A program made the position numbers and the translations under genes. 64,000 nucleotides of DNA from a virus. The DNA lies in the IMG/VR virus record IMGVR_UViG_3300022689_000474, positions 1 to 64,000 of that record; one strand, 5' to 3'. This document shows, one piece after another, positions 34,970 through 44,539 of the stretch; position 1 is the first letter of the stretch, and each line of letters opens with the position of its first letter. The notes beneath the pieces were generated by a model. The model did not search any database. It was not told the DNA's origin and saw only the letters and a program-made list of their open reading frames with translations.

Positions 34970-36126
34970 ATAATATTACTCTTAGATAAATAATTTATCA
35001 TATCCATATGATTATCATTTAATACTTTATAATTTATATTTCGTAATTCTAATTGGAATTTATAAACATTTCCATTTTTATCTTTTATCTCTTTCTTTCC
35101 TAATTCACTATTAGGTTTAATATAAACTCTTATAGAAGGTTCTTGACCTCTTTGTATTATTTGTTCTTTACCTTTTATGAGTTCCATCAAAGATATCCTT
35201 ATAATACCTAAATCTTCTATTTTCTTTTTGTTTCTAGGTTTCTTCTTAGTATATTCTTCCTTTCTTTTATCATTATCTTTATAAGAAGCATCGGAATATG
35301 GGATAATTCTTATCACTAAATCTCCTGAGATGAAAAAGCCTTTATCTAGAGGGTTTAATTGAACTTCATCTCCTTTTCCTGGTAAAGTGATAAAGAAATC
35401 TTCCGATATATTAGTAGGCACTCTAACTCTTACATAAGTATTTATATTAATATATCCTTTACCAACACATTTACTACATATACTTGGAGAATCTATTACT
35501 CCTTGTCCTCCACAATATTTACAATTAACTATGACATGATTTGTAGGCGTTCTATCAATACCTGAACCTCCACATTTATCACACGTTTTACTTTCTTTAC
35601 CAGTACCAGAACATGAGGGACAGATGGTTCTCTTGATATAATATATCTGTTTATTAATAAATTGAGTATTTCTACCTTTATTTATATCTTCTTTAGTAAG
35701 TCTATAGTCTATATATTTATTAGGACCTTTTGCCTGATATTGAAAATCAAATGTGGTATTAAAATTATTATTCCTTCTACTATTAGTATATATCTCTTCC
35801 CAAAGAGTTTGACCAGTAGAAACGTCATATCCATGATTAGAGTTATAAGAGGTTTTATAACTTTTCTTCTTATTAGTAGTTTTGTAATAAGGATTATTTT
35901 TAGTATATTGATTAGATGAAGATGTTTGAGATTGAGTATATATCCCCTTATCTCTACATTCAATAATAAAGTTATAAGCTTCATTAATCATCGTGAATTT
36001 TTCTTTACCTTGTGGATTAATATCAGGATGATAAGTTTTAGCTAGTTTTCTATAAACTTTTTTTATTTCTTCAGTAGAAGTATTTGGATCTACTTTTAAT
36101 CTATTATAAGATTCTTCTAAATTCAT
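34966..36126 (-). CDS. dnaJ: DnaJ-type co-chaperone
   Basis: J domain with HPD; four CxxCxGxG repeats; GKGD..GDLVI C-terminal domain. Confidence 0.92.
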   Translation of the reverse strand: MNLEESYNRLKVDPNTSTEEIKKVYRKLAKTYHPDINPQGKEKFTMINEAYNFIIECRDKGIYTQSQTSSSNQYTKNNPYYKTTNKKKSYKTSYNSNHGYDVSTGQTLWEEIYTNSRRNNNFNTTFDFQYQAKGPNKYIDYRLTKEDINKGRNTQFINKQIYYIKRTICPSCSGTGKESKTCDKCGGSGIDRTPTNHVIVNCKYCGGQGVIDSPSICSKCVGKGYININTYVRVRVPTNISEDFFITLPGKGDEVQLNPLDKGFFISGDLVIRIIPYSDASYKDNDKRKEEYTKKKPRNKKKIEDLGIIRISLMELIKGKEQIIQRGQEPSIRVYIKPNSELGKKEIKDKNGNVYKFQLELRNINYKVLNDNHMDMINYLSKSNII

Positions 36127-36161
36127 ATTTAAATAATTTAAATTAGTAAAGAATATAGTAA

Positions 36162-37652
36162 TCAGTCTTGATATGTAAAAGTATTTCGACTTCTCTTCTT
36201 ACTGATATACAAAGCTTTATCTGCATTTTCTATAGTCTTAGAGCAACCAGCACTTAGAGTTATAAAATTACTTATAGTAGATGTAGGGTGTACTATTTTC
36301 TTATCAGCTATTTTAGAACTTATTCTTTCGTATATAGAATTTAATATTTTAATATGATCTTTTTCTTTAACCTTTGGATCAATATTTATCACTATACAGA
36401 ATTCTTCTCCACCAACTCTAGCTGCAGCATCTTTCTTTTTAATAGTATTCTTTAAAGTCTTAGCTACTTCTATTATAATCTCATCTCCTCTTGGATGTCC
36501 ATAAGTATCATTTATAGCTTTAAACCAATCTATATCCAGCATCATATAATATATAATATCTTTACTAAAATAACTTAATTTCTTTATATACAATTCTAGA
36601 CCTCTTTTATTCATAATACCAGTCAAGGGGTCTGACATATATAATTTCTTAATTTTAATATATTTAAAAGAAAAATCACTTAATCTCTTAATAATATAAA
36701 ATAGTATTAAACCTGTAGAAGATAATAATATATTAAAATAGAAAGATATTATTACTGTAATACTAATCGATAAAAGTATAACTAAGAATGAATATTTAAA
36801 TATATTCTTAATAAGTAATGTACCTAAAGAAAATAATACAATTGTCGATGTATTACCCACTAATAAGTAATAGTTATTTCTTCTAGATAGTATTTCTATT
36901 GCATGTAATATAGTAGCGGGATATATACTATCATTTAATATCATAGGATTCTTTATATGTGTTGCCAATCCTGTTGCATCATATCCTATAATAACAACTT
37001 TATTATTTGTATCTCTCTCTATTTTATTACCTGATAATAGATAATCTAAATCATAGGTATTTATATTGGAAGGACTTTCGGGCCAAAGTAATATTATTTT
37101 TTTATACCTTTCATCTGTAAAGGCACCTAAATATGGAGATGCTTCTTCCAATATATTATTAGATGATATACTTTCTAAAGTAAGTAAAGCACCTCCAAGA
37201 GATATAGTAGAAAATACTCTTCTATAAAGGGGATTTTCAGTACTAATATTACTAAAACCTACAGCGCTGTAAGGAATAGAGGGGTCAGGATAAATTACAT
37301 AACCATTAGACCCAAGGACCATACTCATTATTATTCCTGATTGGTTCTCTATAGAAAATAGATCTAAAGGATCATCTTTTTTTTCACCAGAAAACAAGAC
37401 ATCAAAAATAAAATATTTAGCATCTATATTATTAATTGCTCGTGATAAAGTTTGTCTAGAAATAGGAAGTTCTTCTAGATTTTCAATATCTGAATCGGAT
37501 ATCAATACTAATGATAAAGAGTAAGTATCATAATCCTTAAACTTATTAAATATTAAATTTATAATATTTATTTCTATAGGATTGATCCAAAAACATAGAA
37601 AGAAAACAGTAATAAATGTTCCTATACTTTCTAGAATTTTACTCCTTACCAT
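36162..37652 (-). CDS. membrane diguanylate cyclase, CHASE2-TM-GGDEF
   Basis: N-terminal TM; LVLISD, FDVLFS, VGFSN, KVVIIG, PATILHA (CHASE2-like); three TM segments; DPLTG, DIDWFKAINDTYGH.RGD, RVGGEEF (36399-36413), ADKALY.SK. Confidence 0.9.
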   Translation of the reverse strand: MVRSKILESIGTFITVFFLCFWINPIEINIINLIFNKFKDYDTYSLSLVLISDSDIENLEELPISRQTLSRAINNIDAKYFIFDVLFSGEKKDDPLDLFSIENQSGIIMSMVLGSNGYVIYPDPSIPYSAVGFSNISTENPLYRRVFSTISLGGALLTLESISSNNILEEASPYLGAFTDERYKKIILLWPESPSNINTYDLDYLLSGNKIERDTNNKVVIIGYDATGLATHIKNPMILNDSIYPATILHAIEILSRRNNYYLLVGNTSTIVLFSLGTLLIKNIFKYSFLVILLSISITVIISFYFNILLSSTGLILFYIIKRLSDFSFKYIKIKKLYMSDPLTGIMNKRGLELYIKKLSYFSKDIIYYMMLDIDWFKAINDTYGHPRGDEIIIEVAKTLKNTIKKKDAAARVGGEEFCIVINIDPKVKEKDHIKILNSIYERISSKIADKKIVHPTSTISNFITLSAGCSKTIENADKALYISKKRSRNTFTYQD

Positions 37653-37661
37653 TTTGTTTAT

Positions 37662-38150
37662 TTATAAAGGACAAGAAAGGCTTAAAGTATTTGATTCACC
37701 TTTATATATAATATTACTAGGAGAGGATAAATCTAAGATTATACTTTCAAAATTTAACATTCCATTCTTACTTATTTGTCTTCCTATTATAGTTAAGTTC
37801 TCATCGACATTATATTCTCCAAGAGGTTCAGTAATATTTGAATCTTCTAAGGTATTAATAGAAGCAGATCCGATGATAATATTATCATCTTTCAGTACAC
37901 CTTTAAAACAAAAGATATATGATTCATCAGTATCACTATAATATATACCTGTTACTAACTTTCCATCTATAATAATCTCTATTTCAGTATTACCTTTTGT
38001 AATTATATATTTACCATTACCTCTAAAACTTAAATTTTTAAGAATCTCTTCTGAGTTATCATATAATATTAAAGAATGAGATGTATCAATATTTCCTATT
38101 ATAGATATAAATAAAGTACAGAAGAATAAACTATATTTTAATATTCTCAT
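37662..38150 (-). CDS. secreted/periplasmic hypothetical protein
   Basis: Signal-peptide-like N-terminus; 9-nt gaps to both neighbours. Confidence 0.65.
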   Translation of the reverse strand: MRILKYSLFFCTLFISIIGNIDTSHSLILYDNSEEILKNLSFRGNGKYIITKGNTEIEIIIDGKLVTGIYYSDTDESYIFCFKGVLKDDNIIIGSASINTLEDSNITEPLGEYNVDENLTIIGRQISKNGMLNFESIILDLSSPSNIIYKGESNTLSLSCPL

Positions 38151-38159
38151 AAGATTTAT

Positions 38160-38999
38160 TTAATTGATTTGAATAATATTATCAAAAGTTTCTGTATATC
38201 TATTATCTATTGATTTTAAAAAAGTATCATTAAGAGTATTGTTAGTTAGAACTATATCAAAGGTACCGTCTACAGAATCTCCAAATGTAAAAGAACCATT
38301 AGATCTTTTTATATAAAAGCCTCTTTTTAAGTATCCTTTTATTCTGATGTAAATATTATCACCTATAAAGATATATTTTATACTATATAGTCTTAAAGCC
38401 GCATCATAATTATCTATAGTAAAAGTATTAGATAACCTATAATCATCTTTATTTATTAAAGAACCTTCTCCTTGTTGAAGACGGTTGATAAATCTACCAT
38501 CAATAGATGAATTTATAACTTCACCTTCTGTAACAAGTATCATAGAATTACCTTCATCATCAACTAATAATTCAAATGCAGTACCCCTAACAGAAGTTAT
38601 ACTAGAGGGTGTTCTAAGATTAATTTCTTCATTAACCTTAACTCTTACTTGACCTAATTCTATATAGAGATTTCCAATATACTGCGGGTCAGTACTTCTT
38701 TCTATTTTAACTATAGAATTTTCTCTAACTAAAATATCATATTTACTATTATTTAAACTATCTATATATATATTAACAGAGCTATTTTCTAAACTTCTTA
38801 TCTCATTACCATACGAATCTATTTTAGTATTTGTACTAATCAAAGAATTATTAAGATAGACCCTACCAGATATATTATTAAGAAATAAGTATTCTTTAAA
38901 ATTTATAGCTTTTGCTGGTTCTATAAAAGAACCAAACAATAGAAAAATAGAGAATAATATTCTATATAGAAGTTTTATATTACAAATATTTTTTATCAT
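38160..38999 (-). CDS. FecR-domain exported protein
   Basis: Signal peptide (..PAKA); ENS.V.I, GQVRV, LRTPSSITSVRGTAF, VTEGEV FecR motifs. Confidence 0.85.
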   Translation of the reverse strand: MIKNICNIKLLYRILFSIFLLFGSFIEPAKAINFKEYLFLNNISGRVYLNNSLISTNTKIDSYGNEIRSLENSSVNIYIDSLNNSKYDILVRENSIVKIERSTDPQYIGNLYIELGQVRVKVNEEINLRTPSSITSVRGTAFELLVDDEGNSMILVTEGEVINSSIDGRFINRLQQGEGSLINKDDYRLSNTFTIDNYDAALRLYSIKYIFIGDNIYIRIKGYLKRGFYIKRSNGSFTFGDSVDGTFDIVLTNNTLNDTFLKSIDNRYTETFDNIIQIN

Positions 39000-39057
39000 A
39001 AATATTTTTCTATCATAATAATAATGGATTAAAGTAAATTAAAGTAATTGAATACAT

Positions 39058-39555
39058 ATGACTAATTCAGCGAATATCGACTCTATTAGAGTAACTTATC
39101 CCCCTTTCAATTTACCTTCAGGAAGGAAAGTACAATTCAAGGTACTATCTTACAAAGAACGTAGATCTTTAGTCCAAAGTTTTAAGAATGATTCTGGATG
39201 TCTTTTGGAGGAATGGTTTGCCGCTTATTGTTTAGTAAAAGTAGATGATACTCCTGTAGCCAAAGATTGGGAAATAAATTCTAATTGGCCAGAAAGGATG
39301 GCAGGCTGGACTAGTAAAGATGTTATGTTTTATTGTAGAGTATTTGCTGATACAGAAATGTTATCAGAACAAGGAGATCAAGAGGCAAGAGAAGTGGCAA
39401 AAAAACTACTTGGGGAGGAGAGCAAAATGGAGGAGAAATCAGCTCAAGAATTGGAGGAGGTCCCATCACAGATATCAGATCTAATTACCTCTTCCCCTCC
39501 CGGATCTACTCAGAACAAAAGGAGAAATCTCAAAGTAAATACAACTGGAGCATAG
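39058..39555 (+). CDS. putative tail assembly chaperone (short form)
   Basis: LPSGRKV.FK N-terminus, acidic tail, internal slippery site. Confidence 0.55.
   Translation: MTNSANIDSIRVTYPPFNLPSGRKVQFKVLSYKERRSLVQSFKNDSGCLLEEWFAAYCLVKVDDTPVAKDWEINSNWPERMAGWTSKDVMFYCRVFADTEMLSEQGDQEAREVAKKLLGEESKMEEKSAQELEEVPSQISDLITSSPPGSTQNKRRNLKVNTTGA
39399..39497 (+). promoter_or_regulatory. predicted programmed -1 ribosomal frameshift signal
   Basis: In-frame A_AAA_AAA (39399-39405); the -1 frame is open 39351-40088; GGGGAGGAG (39412-39420) can pair with CTCTTCCCC (39489-39497). Confidence 0.7.
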
Positions 39556-39602
39556 GAAAATTAGTTCATGCATATGTAGCATCTAATAACTTAAGACTTT
39601 TT

Positions 39603-40088
39603 ATGGAGTCGAGGAGTAATCATTTTTTCCTCGACCATCCATATATAGGTCTTATATCAAGTATAGCTTCTCCTAATTTCTCAAAGGGATATGGTTTTCT
39701 CTTCTATGATGTGACTTATATGATAAGTGGAGCAGGAAATATTATTAGATGGGAAAGATGTATCCCAAGAAATCCAGAAGAAATAATACATCTATCCTAT
39801 CTAAGAAATAGATTAGTTGATTCAGTATCAAAGAATATAAGACAGAAATTAGATCTAGATTCGTGGGTAAAGTTGAATGAAGTTATAAATCTACCATTAG
39901 TCCCAGGATTTAGTTATATGGACCTTGATGATTTCTTAAAGGTAGCTATTATAGAAACTGTAAATTCTTTAATAAGAGATTTAAATAAAAAGGAACAAGA
40001 GTTATATCAAAAGTTAATGCAATCTAGAAAGGATGAACAACCATATAGAAGTCCTATGGAAGGGGTACCGAAGCCAAACTTTAGGTAA
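39603..40088 (+). CDS. C-terminal part of the frameshift-extended chaperone
   Basis: Lies in the -1 frame of the upstream ORF and is stop-free back to 39351; no SD before its ATG. Confidence 0.65.
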   Translation: MESRSNHFFLDHPYIGLISSIASPNFSKGYGFLFYDVTYMISGAGNIIRWERCIPRNPEEIIHLSYLRNRLVDSVSKNIRQKLDLDSWVKLNEVINLPLVPGFSYMDLDDFLKVAIIETVNSLIRDLNKKEQELYQKLMQSRKDEQPYRSPMEGVPKPNFR

Positions 40089-40164
40089 GAATATTTAATG
40101 AAGGATATGTTCTTATAAAAAGGTTATATGATATGTATCATAATATATCAAGTAGAATAAAAAT

Positions 40165-41547
40165 ATGAGTGATAAGATACCTTTAGATTATAGAGAGAGT
40201 GATATAAAAACATTTCCTGCCACTAAAGATGTTAATCTACCTCCAGATCTTCGGGCCCCAAGATCTTTAGGTCAAAAAGGTAGGATATCATCTTATATAT
40301 CAAGGGATGGAGATATATTTACAAGTTGTGTAAGACCAAATTATAAATTATTAGCAGCATGGGATTCAGCTAGAAGAAAAGAACCAGTAATAAATAGAGG
40401 ATTAACTATAACTGTAAATAGTATAGTAGCTAAATTAGGAAGATATATACATCCTGATCCAGAAATAGAAGACTTCATATCGGAGAATTTAGAAGGGAAA
40501 ATAAAAAGAATATTATCAGAACTTGCAGATAGTTTAACTTGGAGTGGTTTTACTGTAGGTGAGAATATATATAAAGTAAGAAAGAATAAATATGGAGATA
40601 GACAAATATGGTTAGATGATATTATGGTATTTCATCCTCTAGAGCCATTATTTAAGTTAAATGCGAATGGTAGATTAACTCATGGAGAAAGAGTTCAACA
40701 TGATAGATATCTAACAGGAATATGGGTTCCATGTTCAAGTAAAATAAATAGATCAATAGGTCCATCTTTCTCTGGTAGTCATATTAGATTAGAAAGAAGT
40801 AAAGTAATTCATTGTAAGATGGGACCAGGTTCAGGTGTAAGTCCTTATGGATCATCATTAATAGAAAGTGTATTTAAATATCATATATATAAAGAATTAT
40901 TCTTAGATATGCAGGCAACGGCTTTAGATAGATATGGAAGTCCTTTAATATATATGAAAGTACCATATCAACAGACATCTGATGATTATGAAGAGCCAGA
41001 TGGAACTGTTAGAAAAAAATACTTTCATGAATATGCAGAAGAAAAGTTATCTGATTTAAGTAAACATCAAGTATTAATAATACCAACAATACCTGGTGGA
41101 GAATCAATTGAATTAGGTTCTTTAACAACTGGTAATAATTTTAGTTCTGCTTTCAATGATGCTATAGATTTATGTGATGATAATATCTTAATGGGTTTAG
41201 GTATACCTAATCTTATAACTAAAGATAAAAATAATGGATTAGGGAGTAGTGGGTCTGCAGAGAGACAAGTAGATATTTATCAGATGCATATAACTACTAT
41301 ATATGATAATTTGATAAATTCTTTATTACAGCATGTTATACATCCATTAATCTTATGGAACTTCAGTATATATAATAAACCATTAGCTAAAAAACCAGGT
41401 AGTTTTTTAGTAAGACCAAGTTTAATAACAGAGATGAAAACATATGTAGATGTAATAAGATTACTACATGAGACTAATAATCTAAAAGCTTCTGATATTG
41501 ATGTAATAAGAGATTTATTTAGATTACCGTATAATAAGCCCAAATAA
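40165..41547 (+). CDS. portal protein (Mu gp29/DUF935-like)
   Basis: GFTVGE, SPYGSSLIES..Y..K......ALDRYGSP, GLGS..SAE.Q, LILWNF. Confidence 0.85.
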   Translation: MSDKIPLDYRESDIKTFPATKDVNLPPDLRAPRSLGQKGRISSYISRDGDIFTSCVRPNYKLLAAWDSARRKEPVINRGLTITVNSIVAKLGRYIHPDPEIEDFISENLEGKIKRILSELADSLTWSGFTVGENIYKVRKNKYGDRQIWLDDIMVFHPLEPLFKLNANGRLTHGERVQHDRYLTGIWVPCSSKINRSIGPSFSGSHIRLERSKVIHCKMGPGSGVSPYGSSLIESVFKYHIYKELFLDMQATALDRYGSPLIYMKVPYQQTSDDYEEPDGTVRKKYFHEYAEEKLSDLSKHQVLIIPTIPGGESIELGSLTTGNNFSSAFNDAIDLCDDNILMGLGIPNLITKDKNNGLGSSGSAERQVDIYQMHITTIYDNLINSLLQHVIHPLILWNFSIYNKPLAKKPGSFLVRPSLITEMKTYVDVIRLLHETNNLKASDIDVIRDLFRLPYNKPK

Positions 41548-41575
41548 TAAAAGTTCACTTAAACTATTTTATGAA

Positions 41576-42433
41576 ATGAACCATAAAAATATACCCCCGG
41601 ATGGGGTACATGCTCCATATTCATATATATATGAAAGTTCTATACAAAGGAACTCATCAACAGGTTTTATTGCAGAAGATATAGGTAAGTTAAGTTATCA
41701 ATTAGATAATGGAGAGATATATGTATTAATAGATACAAGACCAACATGGATAAAGATTTTAAGTGAAGGAGATAGAACTTTACCAACTGGTCCGGCTGGA
41801 GGTCATCTTACTGGAACATTTCCAAATCCGTTAGTACATCATGATTCTCATAATCATACTCCTGGGATTTCAATACCAGCGTATCCAGAAAGTTTAACTC
41901 CATCTGGTTTTGCTGGAGGAGATTTAACAGGATCTTACCCAAATCCTTTATTAAAGTTAAGTGGTGTTATAGCAGGAACTTATACAGCACCATCTATTAC
42001 AGTAAATGATAAAGGTTTAATAACAAGTGTTGTAGGAAGTGATAATGTAGCTTTAAAAAGTGGAGCTAATTTTACTGGTGATATTCAAGTACCAAGTATA
42101 ACTATTAATGAAGGGATAAATCTAGATGGCGATTTCAAATCTAATATAATATGGAGGACTACAGGGGGAAGTTGGACTCCTAGAGCAGAAAGAGGAATGA
42201 ATCAAATGCATACATTGACCTCCAACGGAACATTAATGCCAATAAATGGTGCATCAAGTGGTCATATATTTAATTTAATAATAAAACAGGATTCCGTTGG
42301 AGGAAGAGTATTAAATTATGGGTCAGGGTACACAATAAATGGAAGTATAAAATCAACTGCTTATTCTTATTCCTGGATACAAGTTTTAGTAGTTGATCCT
42401 AGTACATTTCTAGGAAATATCATCCAATTCTAA
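41576..42433 (+). CDS. virion fibre-like protein
   Basis: Duplicated AGG(H/D)LTG(T/S)(F/Y)PNP, GTY..ITVNDKGLIT, LIIKQDSVGGR fibre-type motifs. Confidence 0.65.
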   Translation: MNHKNIPPDGVHAPYSYIYESSIQRNSSTGFIAEDIGKLSYQLDNGEIYVLIDTRPTWIKILSEGDRTLPTGPAGGHLTGTFPNPLVHHDSHNHTPGISIPAYPESLTPSGFAGGDLTGSYPNPLLKLSGVIAGTYTAPSITVNDKGLITSVVGSDNVALKSGANFTGDIQVPSITINEGINLDGDFKSNIIWRTTGGSWTPRAERGMNQMHTLTSNGTLMPINGASSGHIFNLIIKQDSVGGRVLNYGSGYTINGSIKSTAYSYSWIQVLVVDPSTFLGNIIQF

Positions 42434-42838
42434 GATATAATCCTCTATCTGTAATTTTCCTTCTAAAATCAATTTCCCATATAACATTAGAATATGTTTA
42501 CAATCTTCTTGTTTATAAGTATATCTAGGGCAGGTACATGAGAAAGATTTATTATCCTCTAATAATTCAAGAGTATATATATTCTTATTACTAGAACATA
42601 TCCAAATATTTTCTAATTGTTTACTTTCCTTTATTTCGTATCCATTAATTTCCATCCATTTATATATCTTCTTAAGAGCTTCACTTAAATCTATTTTTTG
42701 CATATTGAATACTTTTTTACCTGATTTCCAACTTATAGTAGTATTATCTATATCCAAAGAAGGTTTATTAAGTTTTTCAAATAAGTACAAACAACATTGA
42801 ATTTTGAGATAGAAAGAAAGAATGGATTCTTTTTTCAT
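42410..42838 (-). CDS. SWIM zinc-finger protein
   Basis: FSCTCP.Y.....CKHI. Confidence 0.85.
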   Translation of the reverse strand: MKKESILSFYLKIQCCLYLFEKLNKPSLDIDNTTISWKSGKKVFNMQKIDLSEALKKIYKWMEINGYEIKESKQLENIWICSSNKNIYTLELLEDNKSFSCTCPRYTYKQEDCKHILMLYGKLILEGKLQIEDYILELDDIS

Positions 42839-42855
42839 AACTAATCACCGTATAA

Positions 42856-44493
42856 ATGAATTTATTACAGATTAATGATAAGACTGTGGAAGGTAAACGA
42901 GGTATATTAAAAGTACCTCTAGTCAGAGTGGGTAAATGGGCTCATAAGGCAGCAAAGGTAATACAGTTTACCATATCAGACCTAAATCAGATAATAAAGA
43001 ATTTTAGGGATAATATCTTACAACATAAACCGTATTTAACATATGGACATGTAATAGAACCATACTCCTATGATTCACATAGGAAAAAGGGGGATTTAAT
43101 TGATATGAATATAGATGGAGATATCTTATATGGATATTTCAAGGCCAACCCTTCTACTTATGAAAGTGTATTAAATGGAGATTATGAATTCGCTTCTGTT
43201 GAATATGTAAAAGATTATATGGACCCAAAAACGGGTAATAATGTAGGTATGGTATTATTAAGGACAGCATTAACGAATTCTCCTTTTTTACCAGGAGATA
43301 TAAAAATCGAAGCATTATCCCAAAATCCTTCAATAGATAGATTATTTACGACTATTCCAATAGCAAGTAAAAATAATATAAATATTATGACAGATTCTAC
43401 CACTCAGAATTTATCAAATACTGCTACTTTAGAAAGGGGAGAAACTGAAGTAGCTCCTAATAACAATAATAATAATTCTCCTAATATAGAAAATGGGGAG
43501 AATCAATATACTCCTAATTCTATCAGTGAGACATCAGTAGAGAGTAAAGGGGAGAATCAAATACAAGATTCAAATGTTGCCCCTAAAGAACCAAGTATAG
43601 ATATAGCATCATTAAAAGAAGAGATAAGCCAACTTAAAAAGCAATGGATAGAAGCTCAAGAGTTGACGAAGAAGATATTAGAACAACAGAAGGAAATAAA
43701 TGAAAGAGCTCTGGCTCAAACAGTAAAACAAGAGAATAATGAAAAGGAGATAGTAGAGTCAAATAAAGAGGTTGAAGAAGAGAATAAAGAGAAAGAAAAT
43801 AAGGCTAAAGAAAATGATAAGGAAGGAACTAACGAAATAGAACCAGAAGGAGAAGTTAAAGCTTCTCAAGAGGTAAATCAGTCAACTAATAAAGAAAAGA
43901 AAGATGATACTACCCCTATGAATCTAAATACTGAATTAAATAAATATGTTAATAGTAACTCTGGTCCTTTAGATATAAAAGGATTAGTTCAAAGTATTCG
44001 TGATAGAGTCAGTTCTGCATATACCGCTCAGCTTCAAGATTCTCAAGCTATGGTACAGACTCTTCAACAGCAATTAAATGATATTAAAAATCAGGCTGAA
44101 GAAGAAAGGAAACAGAGAGATGCATATGCTCTTTCCCTTCAAGAGGCTCAAAATCAAGCTTTCTTAGCGAGTACTGATTTAACCAGAGATCATCTTATTG
44201 GTAATGGAGTTCCTCCAGAGTTGGCAAATCAGTTTATCCAAGTACAATCAGGTTTATTAACCCAACAGAGTAAGATAAATTTATCATTAGATGGACAGGA
44301 ACCTAAAGAATTAGATATTACAGAAGCCCTTTGTGAATTATTCATTAGAGCGGTCTCTTGTAATCCCGTGAATCTATCTGTTTCAGGTCAATCTACTTTT
44401 AGTGGAGGGACTTATGATCCTACCGGTAGAACTCAAAGAATCCGACAGGTTATCGAAAGGAATAGAAAAAGAGCTCAAGAATTGTATAAATAA
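42856..44493 (+). CDS. prohead protease (Mu gpI-like) fused to scaffold
   Basis: G.W.H, YGH, YEFASVEY, ALTNSPFL protease motifs, then a long acidic coiled coil; precedes the capsid gene. Confidence 0.85.
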   Translation: MNLLQINDKTVEGKRGILKVPLVRVGKWAHKAAKVIQFTISDLNQIIKNFRDNILQHKPYLTYGHVIEPYSYDSHRKKGDLIDMNIDGDILYGYFKANPSTYESVLNGDYEFASVEYVKDYMDPKTGNNVGMVLLRTALTNSPFLPGDIKIEALSQNPSIDRLFTTIPIASKNNINIMTDSTTQNLSNTATLERGETEVAPNNNNNNSPNIENGENQYTPNSISETSVESKGENQIQDSNVAPKEPSIDIASLKEEISQLKKQWIEAQELTKKILEQQKEINERALAQTVKQENNEKEIVESNKEVEEENKEKENKAKENDKEGTNEIEPEGEVKASQEVNQSTNKEKKDDTTPMNLNTELNKYVNSNSGPLDIKGLVQSIRDRVSSAYTAQLQDSQAMVQTLQQQLNDIKNQAEEERKQRDAYALSLQEAQNQAFLASTDLTRDHLIGNGVPPELANQFIQVQSGLLTQQSKINLSLDGQEPKELDITEALCELFIRAVSCNPVNLSVSGQSTFSGGTYDPTGRTQRIRQVIERNRKRAQELYK

Positions 44494-44539
44494 TTTATTT
44501 AAAGTTTAATATAACTTCTTTTATTTTTAGTATAATACT

